Below are positions 23,209 through 35,278 of a stretch of DNA of 52,323 nucleotides, piece by piece. Both the position numbers and the translations under genes were made by a program. Position 1 is the first letter of the stretch. Every line of letters begins with the position of its first letter. The DNA is from an uncultured Chitinophagaceae bacterium (GTDB taxonomy: Bacteria; Planctomycetota; Planctomycetia; Pirellulales; UBA1268): assembly GCA_964585575.1 (NCBI GenBank), contig CAZPEM010000004.1, positions 1 to 52,323 of the forward strand, written 5' to 3'. The notes under the pieces were generated by a model. That model was not told the origin of the DNA and did no database searches. It worked only from the letters and a program-made list of their open reading frames with translations.

Positions 23209-23853
23209 ATGCGTCCAGCGAATCCCACGATCGTCGATTACGGCAGCGGCAACCTGAGGAGTGTCCAGAAGGCGTTCGAGGCGTGCGGCGCGTCGGCCTC
23301 GATCACGACCGATCCGCAGGCCGTGGCCGAGGCGGCGGTGCTCGTGCTGCCGGGGGTCGGCGCCTTCGGCGACGCGATGGCGGGGCTGTCGGCCCGGGGG
23401 CTCGTCGAGCCGATCAGGCGGCACATCGAGCGGGACCGGCCCTTTCTCGGAATCTGCATGGGGCTGCAGCTGCTCTTCGACCGCGGGCAGGAAGGGGGAT
23501 CCGCCGGCGACTGGCCGAGGGGCCTCGGCGTCCTCGAGGGGGACGTCGTCCGCTTCGAGCTGCCGGAAGGGGTGAAGGTGCCTCACATGGGCTGGAACCG
23601 GGTCGCTTGGCGTCAGCGGTCCGACGGATCGTCGCCTGCCGCCGCCGTCGGCGACGACGCCTGGTATTACTTCGTCCACTCGTATCATGCGCGACCGCGG
23701 GACGAGTCGGTGGTGCTCGGCCACACCGACTACGCAGGGCCATTCTGTTCGGTGGTCCAGCGCGGGCGGCTCATGGCGACGCAGTTTCATCCCGAGAAGA
23801 GCCAGCAGGCGGGCTTGAACCTCATCCGCTGGTTCCTCGAACGCCACGCCTGA
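23209..23853 (+). CDS. hisH: Imidazole glycerol phosphate synthase glutaminase subunit
   Basis: DYGSGNLRSV, LPGVGAF, GICMGLQ, PHMGWN, YFVHSY, QFHPEKS. Confidence 0.97.
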   Translation: MRPANPTIVDYGSGNLRSVQKAFEACGASASITTDPQAVAEAAVLVLPGVGAFGDAMAGLSARGLVEPIRRHIERDRPFLGICMGLQLLFDRGQEGGSAGDWPRGLGVLEGDVVRFELPEGVKVPHMGWNRVAWRQRSDGSSPAAAVGDDAWYYFVHSYHARPRDESVVLGHTDYAGPFCSVVQRGRLMATQFHPEKSQQAGLNLIRWFLERHA

Positions 23854-23890
23854 ACCGACAATGGTTAAATCGCCCTGGGGAATGAAACCG

Positions 23891-24607
23891 ATGGAACTGT
23901 GGCCCGCAATCGATCTCCGTGGCGGCAAGTGTGTGCGGCTCTCGCAGGGGGACTACGGCCGCGAGACCGTCTTCGGCGACGATCCGGTCGAGGTTGCGAG
24001 GCGGTTCGTCGATGGTGGCGCCCGCCGGCTCCACCTCGTCGATCTCGACGGGGCGAAGGCCGGCGAGCCGCTGCAGGCCGGGCTCGTGGGCCGGATCGTC
24101 GAGGCTTCGGGCGTGCCGTGCCAGGTCGGCGGCGGCATCCGTTCGCTCGAGACGGCGCTCCGGTATCGCGACGCGGGGCTCTCGCGGATCGTGGTCGGCA
24201 GCATCGCGATCGAACGGCCGGAGCTGCTCGCGGCCATGGCCGAGGCGATTCCCGGCCGGATCGTACTCGGGCTCGACGCCCGCGACGGCAAGGTCGCCAC
24301 CCGCGGCTGGCTCGAGACGAGCGAGGTCCTCGCCGTCGAGGTCGCGAAGCGGCACGAGTCGCTTCCGCTTGCGGCGATCGTCTACACCGACATCGCCCGC
24401 GACGGGATGCTCTCGGGGCCCAACCTCGAGGGGCTGTCGGCGATGATCGCGGCGACGCGGCTGCCGGTCGTGGCCAGCGGCGGCGTGGCCGTGGCCGATG
24501 ACATCCGCCGAACGGCTGCCATCGGGGCGGCCGGGTGCATCGTCGGCCGTGCCCTCTACGAGGGCACCGTCACGCTGGCCGCGGCGCTCGCCGCCGCCGG
24601 CGAGTAG
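23891..24607 (+). CDS. hisA: ProFAR isomerase
   Basis: [48 protein letters not shown]. Confidence 0.96.
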   Translation: MELWPAIDLRGGKCVRLSQGDYGRETVFGDDPVEVARRFVDGGARRLHLVDLDGAKAGEPLQAGLVGRIVEASGVPCQVGGGIRSLETALRYRDAGLSRIVVGSIAIERPELLAAMAEAIPGRIVLGLDARDGKVATRGWLETSEVLAVEVAKRHESLPLAAIVYTDIARDGMLSGPNLEGLSAMIAATRLPVVASGGVAVADDIRRTAAIGAAGCIVGRALYEGTVTLAAALAAAGE

Positions 24608-24794
24608 GGCCGGTACGGTTTGCCAGGGTTGCCGGGTCGCTGTTCGGCGGCGGAAATCGGGGGAATTGCCTGAAATCCCCTCAATTTCCGGGTCGGGCCG
24701 GGCCGAATTTCCCCCGCAAAGCGTTGTTGCATGGGGCGGATTTCGCAGGCCGCCGCTTTTGCAAGGAGGCATTGAGGCACGTAGGCTCGGACGC

Positions 24795-25796
24795 ATGTCG
24801 ACGGATATCCGCATCAAGGAGCAGCTGCCGGATCTCACGAAACGCATCGTCGAGACCTACCAGGATGCGCGGCGGATCCATTACCTCGGGCACTGCCCGC
24901 TTCCCAACTACGACACGATCATCTCGGCGTGCGAGGATCTCAAGGAGATCATCTACCCGGGCTACCGTCGTCGCGAGAACCTCCACCTTGGCAACGTCAC
25001 CTACCACGTCGGCGACCTGATCGACGGGCTGCACGACAAGCTCACCGTCCAGATCGGCCGCGCGCTTCGCCACAGCGCCGAGGCCCGCGAGGCCTCCCTC
25101 GACGGCGGCGATGCCGCGGCCGCGATCGAGCCGGCCGTGGAGGGCTGCACCGAGGCTGCCGATTTCGAGGCGCTCGGGCAGGTGAAGGCGGTCGAGTTTC
25201 TCGAGAGGCTGCCCGACGTCAGGCGGCTGCTCGCCACCGACGTGCAGGCGGCCTACGACGGCGATCCGGCGGTGCGGACGATCGACGAGGTGATCTTCTG
25301 CTACCCGGGGCTCGAGGCTGTGACGATCCACCGGCTCGCCCACATGCTGCATGGCCTCAAGGTGCCGCTCATCCCGCGGATGATGACCGAGTGGGCCCAC
25401 TCGCGGACCGGCATCGACATCCACCCCGGCGCCGAGATCGGGGGCCATTTCTTCATCGACCACGGCACGGGCGTCGTGATCGGGGAGACCTGCGAGATCG
25501 GTAGCCACGTGAAGATCTACCAGGGCGTGACGCTCGGTGCCCTCTCCTTCCAGACCGATGCCGACGGCCACCTCGTGCGGGGCACGAAGCGGCATCCGAC
25601 GATCGAGGACCGCGTCGTGATCTACGCGAACGCCACGGTGCTCGGCGGCGCGACCAGGATCGGCCACGACTCGGTGATCGGAAGCAACGTCTGGCTCACC
25701 AGGTCTGTCGATCCGCACACGACCGTCGTCCTGGAGCGGCCGAAGCTCCGGATGAGGGGCGAGGCTCCGCCTCCCGAGGCCGACTGGCAGATCTGA
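24795..25796 (+). CDS. cysE: Serine O-acetyltransferase (long EpsC-type)
   Basis: [48 protein letters not shown]. Confidence 0.92.
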   Translation: MSTDIRIKEQLPDLTKRIVETYQDARRIHYLGHCPLPNYDTIISACEDLKEIIYPGYRRRENLHLGNVTYHVGDLIDGLHDKLTVQIGRALRHSAEAREASLDGGDAAAAIEPAVEGCTEAADFEALGQVKAVEFLERLPDVRRLLATDVQAAYDGDPAVRTIDEVIFCYPGLEAVTIHRLAHMLHGLKVPLIPRMMTEWAHSRTGIDIHPGAEIGGHFFIDHGTGVVIGETCEIGSHVKIYQGVTLGALSFQTDADGHLVRGTKRHPTIEDRVVIYANATVLGGATRIGHDSVIGSNVWLTRSVDPHTTVVLERPKLRMRGEAPPPEADWQI

Positions 25797-25818
25797 GCCG
25801 GCGGCCGAACCGCCGGCT
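25796..25818. terminator. GC hairpin between convergent cysE and atpC
   Basis: AGCCGGCGG-CCGAA-CCGCCGGCT; no U-tract. Confidence 0.45.
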
Positions 25819-26257
25819 ACTTGGCGGCTGTGCGGAGGGCGGCCCGGGCGGCCTCCAGCGCCTCGAGCTTCGCGACGATCGCCTCGTCGCCGGTGACGCG
25901 GCTCGACAGGAGCTTCTCCAGGTCGGCGCGGGCACGTGCCGCGTCGAACTTCTCCTGAGGGATCGCCCGCTGCGTGACGACCGTGACGACGTCGTGGCCG
26001 ACCTCGACGAACCCGCCCTGCACGAACAGCCGCCGCACGCCCTCTCCGGGCCGGTCGGCCTCACCCGAAAGCCGCACCTCTCCGGCCCCGAGCCGGCCGA
26101 TGAACGGCGAGTGGCCGCGGGCGATGCCGCGGCTGCCGTCGAAGAGGGGCAGCGTCACCGACTTCGCGTGGGTGTCGACCAGCGTCGTCTCGGGGGTGAC
26201 GACGATGAACCGGATCATGCCGGCGCGGGGGGTGGATGCGGTCGTCGTGTCGGCCAT
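25817..26257 (-). CDS. atpC: ATP synthase F1 epsilon
   Basis: VVTPE, GIARGHSP, FVQGGFVEV; last gene of the atp operon. Confidence 0.93.
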   Translation of the reverse strand: MADTTTASTPRAGMIRFIVVTPETTLVDTHAKSVTLPLFDGSRGIARGHSPFIGRLGAGEVRLSGEADRPGEGVRRLFVQGGFVEVGHDVVTVVTQRAIPQEKFDAARARADLEKLLSSRVTGDEAIVAKLEALEAARAALRTAAK

Positions 26258-26264
26258 GGTAGTC

Positions 26265-27767
<1,503 letters not shown>

Positions 27768-28655
27768 TTACTGCTTGAGGGCCTCGACGCCGCCGAGGAT
27801 CTCCATGATTTCACCGGTGATCTGTGATTGCCGGGCACGGTTGTACCGGCGTGAAAGGTCCTTGATGAGGCCCGAGGCGTTCTCCGTGGCGGCCTTCATC
27901 GCCACCATCCTCGCCACCTGCTCGCTCACGGCGGCGTCGAGGAAGCACTTGAACAGCCGAGAGAGGAAGCTCGCTGGCAGGATCTCCTCGAGGATGCTCC
28001 CTGCCGACGGATAGAAGTCGTATTCCTGCGAGGCGAGCGTCGTCGCGGGCTTCGCCCCCTGCCCCTCCGCCTCCGGCGGCTTCAGCGGCAGGAGCATCTC
28101 CGTCACCGCCTCCTGCTTGGCGATGTTGTGGAACCTCGTGTAGACGACGTCGAGCCGGTCGATCTCACCGGCGGCGTAGGCGGAGAGGTATTCCCGTCCG
28201 ATCGGGGCCACCGCATCGAATTCCGGCTTGTCCTCGAAGTTCGTGAACGAGCGGCGGATGTCGATGCCCCGAAACTTGAGCGCCGAGATGCCCCGTTTGC
28301 CCGAGACCGTCGTGTCGCAGCCCACCTGCTCGCTCCGCCACTGGCCGAGGATTGCGACGGCCTGCCGGACGACGTTGGAGTTGTAGCCGCCGCAGAGGCC
28401 GCGGTTGCCGGTGAGCACGAGCACGGCCGACCGCTTCGTCGGCCGCACCTCGAGCAGCGGGTGCACGATCCCCGCCCCCGCCGCGGCGATGTTTTCGAGG
28501 ATCTTCGCGAGCTGCTTCGTGTAGTCGCGGGCGGCGACGGAGCGGTCCATCGCCTTCTTGAACCGCGCGGTCGCGATCAGCTCCATCGTCCGCGTGATCT
28601 TGCGGATGTTGCGGACCGACTTCCGCCGGCGGTCGAGTGCTCGTGCTTTCGCCAT
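27768..28655 (-). CDS. atpG: ATP synthase F1 gamma
   Basis: KITRTMELIA, RGLCGGYN, ARMVAMKAATENA, YNRARQSQITGEI. Confidence 0.98.
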   Translation of the reverse strand: MAKARALDRRRKSVRNIRKITRTMELIATARFKKAMDRSVAARDYTKQLAKILENIAAAGAGIVHPLLEVRPTKRSAVLVLTGNRGLCGGYNSNVVRQAVAILGQWRSEQVGCDTTVSGKRGISALKFRGIDIRRSFTNFEDKPEFDAVAPIGREYLSAYAAGEIDRLDVVYTRFHNIAKQEAVTEMLLPLKPPEAEGQGAKPATTLASQEYDFYPSAGSILEEILPASFLSRLFKCFLDAAVSEQVARMVAMKAATENASGLIKDLSRRYNRARQSQITGEIMEILGGVEALKQ

Positions 28656-28663
28656 GGGTCTTC

Positions 28664-30229
28664 CTAGCCGGCCGAGCCGACGAGCCTGCCTTCCTTCTCC
28701 GACGACTTCGCGTCGGAAGACCTTGCCGCCCGCTGCCGCTTGAACTCAGCGATCGCCGCCTCGAGCATGCGCTCGCTCTCGCCGTCGAGCTCCTTCGACT
28801 CGTCGATCCGCTTGCGAAGCTCGGGCATCTGGTCGCGGACGAACGTCAGGAAGCCCTTCTCCCAGTCGGCGACCTCGTCCCGCTTCACCGTGTCGAGGTG
28901 GCCGCGGGTTCCGGCGTAGATGCTCATCACCTGGTCCACGACCTCCATCGGGGCGAACTGGCCCTGCTTGAGCAGCTCGACCATGCGGTAGCCGCGGTCG
29001 AGCCGCTGCTGCGTGGCGGCGTCGAGGTCGGTGCCGAGCTGGGCGAAGGCCTCGAGCTCGCGGAAGCTCGCGAGGTCGAGCCGCAGGCCGCCCGCGACCT
29101 TCTTCATGGCCTTCGTCTGGGCGGCGCCGCCCACGCGGGAGACCGAGATGCCGGCGTTCATCGCGGGCCGCTGGCCGGCGAAGAAGAGGTCGGGCTGGAG
29201 GTAGATCTGGCCGTCGGTGATCGAGATCACGTTCGTGGGGATGTAGGCCGAGACCTCGCCTTCGAGCGTCTCGATGATCGGCAGGCTCGTGAGCGAGCCG
29301 CCGCCGAGCTCCTTCGAGAGCTTGGCCGAACGCTCCAAAAGCCGGCTGTGGGCGTAGAACACGTCGCCCGGGTAGGCCTCGCGTCCCGGCGGCCGACGCA
29401 TGAGGAGCGAGAGCTGGCGGTAGGCGGTGGCCTGCTTCGAGAGATCGTCGTACACGATCAGGGCGTGCTGGCCGTTGTACATGAAGTGCTCGGCCATCGC
29501 CGTGCCCGAGTAGGGCGCGATGTACTGGAGCGGCGCGGCGGTGCTCGCGCCCGACACGATCACGGTCGTGTAGTCCATCGCGCCGTACTTTCGGAGAGTG
29601 TCGATGGCGACGGCGACCGAGGAATCCTTCTGGCCGACGGCGACGTAGAAGCACTTCACGCCGCTGTTTTTCTGGTTGATGATCGCGTCGAGGCCGATCG
29701 CGGTCTTGCCGGTCTTGCGGTCGCCGATGATGAGCTCGCGCTGGCCGCGGCCGATCGGCGTCATGGCATCGACCGCCTTGATGCCCGTCTGCATCGGCTC
29801 ACGGACCGGCTGCCGCTCGGCGATGCCCGGGGCGAGCGTCTCGACGGGGCGGCGCTTGTCGGTGACGACCGGCCCCTTGCCGTCGAGCGGATTGCCGAGC
29901 GGGTCGAGCACGCGGCCGATCACCGCGTCGCCGACCGGCACGGAGAGCAGCTTGCCCGTGCTCTTCACCTCGTCCCCTTCGGTGACCTTCAGGTAGTCGC
30001 CGAGGATGATCACGCCGACCGAGTTTTCCTCGAGGTTGAAGGCGAGGCCCGTGATGCCACCCGGAAACTCGACCATCTCGCCGGCCATGACGCCGGAGAG
30101 GCCCCAGACCCGTGCGATGCCGTCGCCGACCTCGAGCACCCGACCGACCTCGCGAACGTCGATCCCTGACTCGTAGCGGTCGATCTCCTCACGCAGTACC
30201 GAGGCGATCTCGTCGGTGTTGAATTTCAT
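28664..30229 (-). CDS. atpA: ATP synthase F1 alpha
   Basis: [33 protein letters not shown]. Confidence 0.99.
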   Translation of the reverse strand: MKFNTDEIASVLREEIDRYESGIDVREVGRVLEVGDGIARVWGLSGVMAGEMVEFPGGITGLAFNLEENSVGVIILGDYLKVTEGDEVKSTGKLLSVPVGDAVIGRVLDPLGNPLDGKGPVVTDKRRPVETLAPGIAERQPVREPMQTGIKAVDAMTPIGRGQRELIIGDRKTGKTAIGLDAIINQKNSGVKCFYVAVGQKDSSVAVAIDTLRKYGAMDYTTVIVSGASTAAPLQYIAPYSGTAMAEHFMYNGQHALIVYDDLSKQATAYRQLSLLMRRPPGREAYPGDVFYAHSRLLERSAKLSKELGGGSLTSLPIIETLEGEVSAYIPTNVISITDGQIYLQPDLFFAGQRPAMNAGISVSRVGGAAQTKAMKKVAGGLRLDLASFRELEAFAQLGTDLDAATQQRLDRGYRMVELLKQGQFAPMEVVDQVMSIYAGTRGHLDTVKRDEVADWEKGFLTFVRDQMPELRKRIDESKELDGESERMLEAAIAEFKRQRAARSSDAKSSEKEGRLVGSAG

Positions 30230-30848
30230 GGATGCTCCTTTGCTTCAGCTTCTCCCCGAGCCGGACGAGGCCCGTGGCGACGGAATGGTCGTAGACGGTG
30301 TCGTCGATGCGGGCGACGAGCCCCCCGAGCAGTTCGGGATCGACGTGGAAGGTGGCGGAGAGCGAGAGGCCGAGCTGCCTCTCGAACTCGGTCTTGATCC
30401 GCTCCTGCTCGGTGGCGTCGAGTTGGACGGCGGTGGTGAAGGTGGCCTGGCGGCGGCCGTCGAGTTCGTCGGCGAGCCGTTCGACCGCCTCGAGCACCTG
30501 CGGCAGCACCTCGAGCCGGCCATGGCGGGCGAGCACCTGCAGGGAGTGGAGCGTGGTCGGGACGACGGACTTGGCGAACAGCCGATCGAGCAGTGCGGCC
30601 TTGTCGTCCGCCGGAATCCTGGGCGACGAGAACACGGCCGCCGCCCCCGGGACCTTCGGCAGCACATCCCGCACGATCCGCCCCAGCTCACCGATGACGT
30701 CCGCCCGGCAGCCCTTCTTGTCGGCCGACTCCAGGATCGCCTGGGCGTAGACCTTGGCGAGCCGGAGGGTGCCGACGTCGAAGGGGGCCATCGCCTGGCT
30801 GTCGGGCTCCTGGCTGCCGGTGCCGCTGGCGTCTTTGGATCGGGACAT
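30189..30848 (-). CDS. atpH: ATP synthase F1 delta
   Basis: AKVYAQAI and [22 protein letters not shown]; lies between atpF and atpA. Confidence 0.92.
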   Translation of the reverse strand: MSRSKDASGTGSQEPDSQAMAPFDVGTLRLAKVYAQAILESADKKGCRADVIGELGRIVRDVLPKVPGAAAVFSSPRIPADDKAALLDRLFAKSVVPTTLHSLQVLARHGRLEVLPQVLEAVERLADELDGRRQATFTTAVQLDATEQERIKTEFERQLGLSLSATFHVDPELLGGLVARIDDTVYDHSVATGLVRLGEKLKQRSIHEIQHRRDRLGTA

Positions 30849-30905
30849 GTTTGGAACGGGAACCGCTGGGTCGGATGTCGGGTGTCGGTCGGATCTCGGG
30901 ATGGG

Positions 30906-31574
30906 TCAGTTGACGCTGGGCCGGGCCGAACTCAGGCTCGCGACCGAGTCGCGGACGAGCCTGGCCTGGTCGTCGCGGCCGAGCTTCTCCTTGAGGAACT
31001 TGCCGGCCACCTCGACGGCCAGTTCGCCCGCCTTTTCCGCGATCTGCGAGAGCGCGTCGTCGCGGGCGAGGCCGATCTCGTGACGGGCCCGGTTCTTCTC
31101 ATCCTCCGCGGCCTTTCTCGCCTCCGCCACGATCGATTGCCTCGTGACGTCGGCATCCCGTCGGGCCTCCTCGAGCATCCCGCGGACCTCGTCGGAGGCC
31201 TCCGCGAGCCGACGCTCGTAGGAAGCCAGTAGCCGTCGGGCGTCGTCGTTTGCCGCCTGGGTCGCGGCGATCATGTCGGCGATCCCCTGCTCCCGCTTGT
31301 CGAGCGCCTGGCAGATCGGCTTCCAGGCGAACGCCGACAGCAGGCCCAAAAGGAGCAGGAACACCGCGAACGACCAGATCGCGAGGTCCGACCGGAATTC
31401 GGCCGGGCTCTCGAAGGCCGCCTTGTCGGTGCCCGCGGGCAGGGCCGTGCCGATCTCGGCATGGTGGCCGTGGCTGTTGTGGCCGTGATCGTCGGATGCG
31501 ACGGCCATCGCGGCCGTGGCGACGATCGCTGCAACGAAGAGGCACATGGCCGCGAGATGATAGATGGCTTTCAC
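30906..31574 (-). CDS. atpF: ATP synthase Fo subunit b with N-terminal extension
   Basis: TM segment WSFAVFLLLLGLLSAFAWKPI-ALDKRE followed by a coiled coil; GTG start estimated. Confidence 0.9.
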   Translation of the reverse strand: MKAIYHLAAMCLFVAAIVATAAMAVASDDHGHNSHGHHAEIGTALPAGTDKAAFESPAEFRSDLAIWSFAVFLLLLGLLSAFAWKPICQALDKREQGIADMIAATQAANDDARRLLASYERRLAEASDEVRGMLEEARRDADVTRQSIVAEARKAAEDEKNRARHEIGLARDDALSQIAEKAGELAVEVAGKFLKEKLGRDDQARLVRDSVASLSSARPSVN

Positions 31575-31602
31575 CGGATGGCTCCGATTGGGTCTTCGGG
31601 AC

Positions 31603-31634
31603 CGGCCCCGGACCGCGAGGCGGGTCCGGGGCCG
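31603..31634 (-). promoter_or_regulatory. Strong intra-operon stem-loop between atpE and atpF
   Basis: CGGCCCCGGACC-8 nt-GGTCCGGGGCCG, a perfect 12-bp stem. Confidence 0.6.
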
Positions 31635-31693
31635 ATTCCCCTTGGAACGAAACCAGCCGCAGCGTCTGTGGCGGCGGCCAGTGCCAGATTCAA

Positions 31694-32014
31694 TCACTTC
31701 GTCGAGCAGATGAACAGCGCGTAGAAGGTGAAGCCTTCGATGAGCGCTGCTGCGATGATCATCGCCGTCTGGATGCTTCCGGCAACCTCCGGCTGGCGGG
31801 CCATGCTCTCGTAGGCGGCCGCGGCGAGCTTGCTGATGCCGTATGCCGCACCGATGACAACCAGCCCCACGCTGAATGGAGCGGTCAGATCGATGAGCGA
31901 CCGGCCCGCTGCGGCGGCCTCCTGCGCGAAGGCGACGTCGGCGACGAACAGCGTCATCACGACGGCGGCCAGGGTGGACAGCGAGCGGACGGAGAGAAGG
32001 GATCGAAGCATCAC
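31694..32014 (-). CDS. atpE: ATP synthase Fo subunit c with signal-peptide-like N-terminus
   Basis: ESMARQPE loop and AAALIEG proton-binding Glu; AAGGAG RBS. Confidence 0.95.
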   Translation of the reverse strand: MMLRSLLSVRSLSTLAAVVMTLFVADVAFAQEAAAAGRSLIDLTAPFSVGLVVIGAAYGISKLAAAAYESMARQPEVAGSIQTAMIIAAALIEGFTFYALFICSTK

Positions 32015-32198
32015 GGGAACAAGCTCCTTTGCATTCGTGGGGAAACAGGAAAAACGGAACGGTGGATGGGTTCTCCCGACGGCCCGTCGGGAACGATGTT
32101 CTAGGGTATTTCGAGGGTTTTTGAAGGGAGGGGGTCTTTCGACGCCAAAGGCTTGTTCTCCGGGCGTTTTGCCCGTCGTGGATTCCGCCCGTCAGTGG

Positions 32199-33233
32199 TC
32201 AGTGGTGGTGGACCGACGCCCCGATGAACAGGGCCGACAGGAACGTGAAAATGTAGGCCTGCAGGAAGGCGACGAAGAGCTCCAGGACGCTGAAGAGCGT
32301 GCAGCTCACGACGCTGATGCCCGTGACCGTGGTCCACATCCCGAACGAATAGCTCGCGGCGGCCGTGATGAGCCCCATGATGCCCAGGAGCACGAGGTGG
32401 CCCGCCACCATGTTGGCCAGCAGCCGCACCGCGAGGATGAGGTGCTTGATGCAGAGCCCGAGCATCTCGATCGCGAAGATCATCGGCTTCAGGAGAATCG
32501 CCAGCGGCAGCGGCAGGTCCATCGACGGAACCTGGTTGGCGAAGAAACCGAGCGGCCCGAACTTCATCATGCCCGCCACGACGACCGTCGCGAACGTCAC
32601 GGCGGCGAGCGCGAGCGTTACGGAGAAGGACGCCGTGGGAGACCCGGCCCAGGGCACCATGCCCAACAGGTTGCATCCGAGCACGAAGAAGAAGAGCGTC
32701 CAGAGCACGGGAACGAACCGGTCTCCCTCGTGGGCGACGGCCGCGGCGTGCCTGGCATGGCCATGGCCATGACCACCATGTCCGACCGCGTCGTGCCCGT
32801 GGCTCGCGTCCGCATGGGCCGCGTGCGGGTCGTCGATCGCAGGCCGTGCGATCTGGTCGCGAATGAAGAGCAGCATCGACTCGAAGAAATTCACGAGTCT
32901 GCCCTTCGGCGGCCCCCCGGCGGCGAGCCGTCGGGCGAGCCAGGTGAAGATGAGCAGCATCCCGATCGCCACGACCAGTTCGAGGATCATGTACTTCGAG
33001 ATGCCGAAGCCGCTCTTCACCATGTAGAGATTTTCGAGTTCGGCGAATGGCTGCGGGATGAGAATCTTGCCGTTCATCGCCTCGTTGAAGGCGGCGACGT
33101 CCTGCACGTCCGGGTGGCCCCGGCGAAGAAACTCCGGCACGTCGTCGAGTGTCTTCCATCCCTGCCGCCAGAGCCCCTTTGGAACCTCGAAGTAATAGGC
33201 GTCTTTCAGGTGGTAGATCGGGTTGGACGACAT
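32199..33233 (-). CDS. atpB: ATP synthase Fo subunit a
   Basis: NLLGMVP, LAVRLLANMVAGH, LELFVAFLQAYIFTFL. Confidence 0.96.
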   Translation of the reverse strand: MSSNPIYHLKDAYYFEVPKGLWRQGWKTLDDVPEFLRRGHPDVQDVAAFNEAMNGKILIPQPFAELENLYMVKSGFGISKYMILELVVAIGMLLIFTWLARRLAAGGPPKGRLVNFFESMLLFIRDQIARPAIDDPHAAHADASHGHDAVGHGGHGHGHARHAAAVAHEGDRFVPVLWTLFFFVLGCNLLGMVPWAGSPTASFSVTLALAAVTFATVVVAGMMKFGPLGFFANQVPSMDLPLPLAILLKPMIFAIEMLGLCIKHLILAVRLLANMVAGHLVLLGIMGLITAAASYSFGMWTTVTGISVVSCTLFSVLELFVAFLQAYIFTFLSALFIGASVHHH

Positions 33234-33295
33234 CGGGATTCCCGGGGCTGGCTGGATTGCTGGGGGAAGCGGTCCGCCGCGGCGGCCGCCTCCCT

Positions 33296-33736
33296 TCATC
33301 GGACAGTGTGCGATCGATTCATCATGATGTGCAAGAGGATGTCGGTGGCAAGCATCGCCAGGTAAAATCCGACGACCATCGGGCCGGCCCCGGCTGCCCG
33401 CAGCGGGGCTGCCCGGTCTCCCGTGAGCAGGCCGAGGGCGACCAGGGGGGGCAGAATTCGCACGACCACAGCGGTCAGGGGCCTCACGACCGACCCGGCG
33501 GCCCGGCCTCCCCCCGGCTGGGCGATGAGCCACCCGATGAGGCATGACGGCAGCGTGAAAAGCATGGCGAAGCCGAGGGCGACGAGAAAGCCCGGCCGAT
33601 CGCCGATCCACAGGGCCGCCGCTGCCACGGACCCGCTGAACGTCGCCAGCAGGCCGGCGATGCCGGTCGCGAGCCGCCGAAGCCGGTCGCGCTCGGCTGT
33701 CTGGCGATCGGGCCGGGAAGCATCGGACTCGTTCAT
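33296..33736 (-). CDS. AtpI-like membrane protein
   Basis: About four hydrophobic segments; immediately upstream of atpB. Confidence 0.65.
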   Translation of the reverse strand: MNESDASRPDRQTAERDRLRRLATGIAGLLATFSGSVAAAALWIGDRPGFLVALGFAMLFTLPSCLIGWLIAQPGGGRAAGSVVRPLTAVVVRILPPLVALGLLTGDRAAPLRAAGAGPMVVGFYLAMLATDILLHIMMNRSHTVR

Positions 33737-33957
33737 GACCAGGGCCTTTCTGAGCGGGTTTTCGTGAGCTTGACGAGCATCGCGAGGCCACCGGCAAGTC
33801 CGATCACGAGGCCGGCCGGCCCGAGCCAGGAGGTTCCCAGCCGCTTGTCGAGCCATCCCCCGGCAGCGGCCGGCACGACCATCGCCAGGGCGATCGTCGT
33901 GATTCGCGACACCCAGGCGATGGCGGCGGCGATCGGCGGAGGCTCGGAGGCTGTCAC
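33733..33957 (-). CDS. AtpZ/ATPase gene-1 family small membrane protein
   Basis: MVVPAAAGGWLDKRLGT...GLVIGLAGG (GxxLD motif); first gene of the atp operon. Confidence 0.8.
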   Translation of the reverse strand: MTASEPPPIAAAIAWVSRITTIALAMVVPAAAGGWLDKRLGTSWLGPAGLVIGLAGGLAMLVKLTKTRSERPWS

Positions 33958-34115
33958 GTGCCCAAGCGTACGTCGCCGCGAGCGATCGATCGACCCCGAC
34001 TCGGAAACCCGCGGTGGACGCCCGCACCGCCATCGCGGATGATTCGCACCCGGGCGAACGACGTAGCCGCCCGGAAACCCGGCCCGAAAACCAGGCCAGA
34101 GGAGCCTTGCAGACC

Positions 34116-35231
34116 GTGTCGCACCGAAGGCGAAGACACAGGCGGCGAAGGAAGCCGGGGCTGGCTCCGACGGCCGCCATTCCCGTGAACGTCGGCGGCC
34201 CGGCTCCGCTCCCCGTGCAGATCAAACTCACGGCGTTCGCGGCAACGGGAGCCGTCGAGCGGGCCGGGGTAACGGCCGTGGAACTGGCCGCGATCCGGCG
34301 GGAACATGCGATCGTCTGGATCGACGTCGAGGGGCTCGACGACACGGTGATGAACCAGGCGATCGGCCGGGCCTTCGAGATTTCGGAGCTCGCGCTCGAG
34401 GATGCCGTCACTCCCGACGAGCGGCCGAAGCTCGAGGCCTTCGGCCACCAGCTGCTCGTCGCGGTTCGCACGGCCCGGTGCGACGAGGGACTCATCATCA
34501 CCGATCCCGCCTGCATTTTTCTCGGCGAGAATTACGTGATCACGTTCCGCGAGCGGCTGGCGGTCGATCCCTTCCAGGGGGTTCGGGCCCGCGTGCGGGC
34601 CGGCCGGACGCAGATCGGCCGGGATGGGGCCGCGGGGGGTGGTGCCGACTCCCTCTGCGCGTTGCTCCTCGATGCCGTCATCGACGGGTATTTCCCGGTG
34701 CTCGAGCAGTTCGGCGACCGGCTCGAATCGCTCGAGGACGAAGCGATCAACCGGCCGAGCCGCGAGTCGCTCGTGAGGATCCACGACGTTCGCGGCGACC
34801 TCATGACGCTGCGGCGGGCGCTCTGGCCGACGCGGGACGTGCTCCATGCCCTCTCGCGGGAGCCGACGTCGTTCGTCGGCGAGCATGCGAGGGCGCACTT
34901 CCGCGACTCGTACGACCACACGATGGAGCTGCTCGACCTCATGGAGAGCTATCGCGAGATCGGCAGCGACCTCCGCGACATCTACCTCGCGAGCCTCAAC
35001 AACCGGATGAACGACGTCATGAAGGTGCTCACGGTGATCGCGACGATCTTCATGCCGCTCACGTTCATCACCGGCTATTACGGAATGAACTTCGACACGA
35101 GCCACCCCTGGAACATGCCCCTGCTACGGTCCCCCTACGGCGGCCTGATCGCCATCGGCATCATGCTCGTGACCACGATCGGAATGGTCGCGTTCTTCTG
35201 GCGCCGCGGCTGGCTCAAACGCTGGCATTAG
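34116..35231 (+). CDS. corA: Magnesium/cobalt transporter CorA
   Basis: WIDVEGL, LALED, RPKLE, MKVLTVIATIFMPLTFITGYYGMNF; start estimated at a GTG after GAGGAG. Confidence 0.93.
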   Translation: MSHRRRRHRRRRKPGLAPTAAIPVNVGGPAPLPVQIKLTAFAATGAVERAGVTAVELAAIRREHAIVWIDVEGLDDTVMNQAIGRAFEISELALEDAVTPDERPKLEAFGHQLLVAVRTARCDEGLIITDPACIFLGENYVITFRERLAVDPFQGVRARVRAGRTQIGRDGAAGGGADSLCALLLDAVIDGYFPVLEQFGDRLESLEDEAINRPSRESLVRIHDVRGDLMTLRRALWPTRDVLHALSREPTSFVGEHARAHFRDSYDHTMELLDLMESYREIGSDLRDIYLASLNNRMNDVMKVLTVIATIFMPLTFITGYYGMNFDTSHPWNMPLLRSPYGGLIAIGIMLVTTIGMVAFFWRRGWLKRWH

Positions 35232-35278
35232 CCCCCGGCGCGTGAGGGACAAATTTAGCCCCCGGCGCGTGAGGGACA
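35228..35278 (+). repeat. 24-bp direct repeat, period 27, between corA stop and tRNA-Gln 3' end
   Basis: TTAGCCCCCGGCGCGTGAGGGACA at 35228-35251 and 35255-35278. Confidence 0.95.

Noticed and set aside
24608-24794. Possible riboswitch or structured leader upstream of cysE
   Set aside because: Only weak imperfect inverted repeats; no SAM or T-box consensus recognisable by eye
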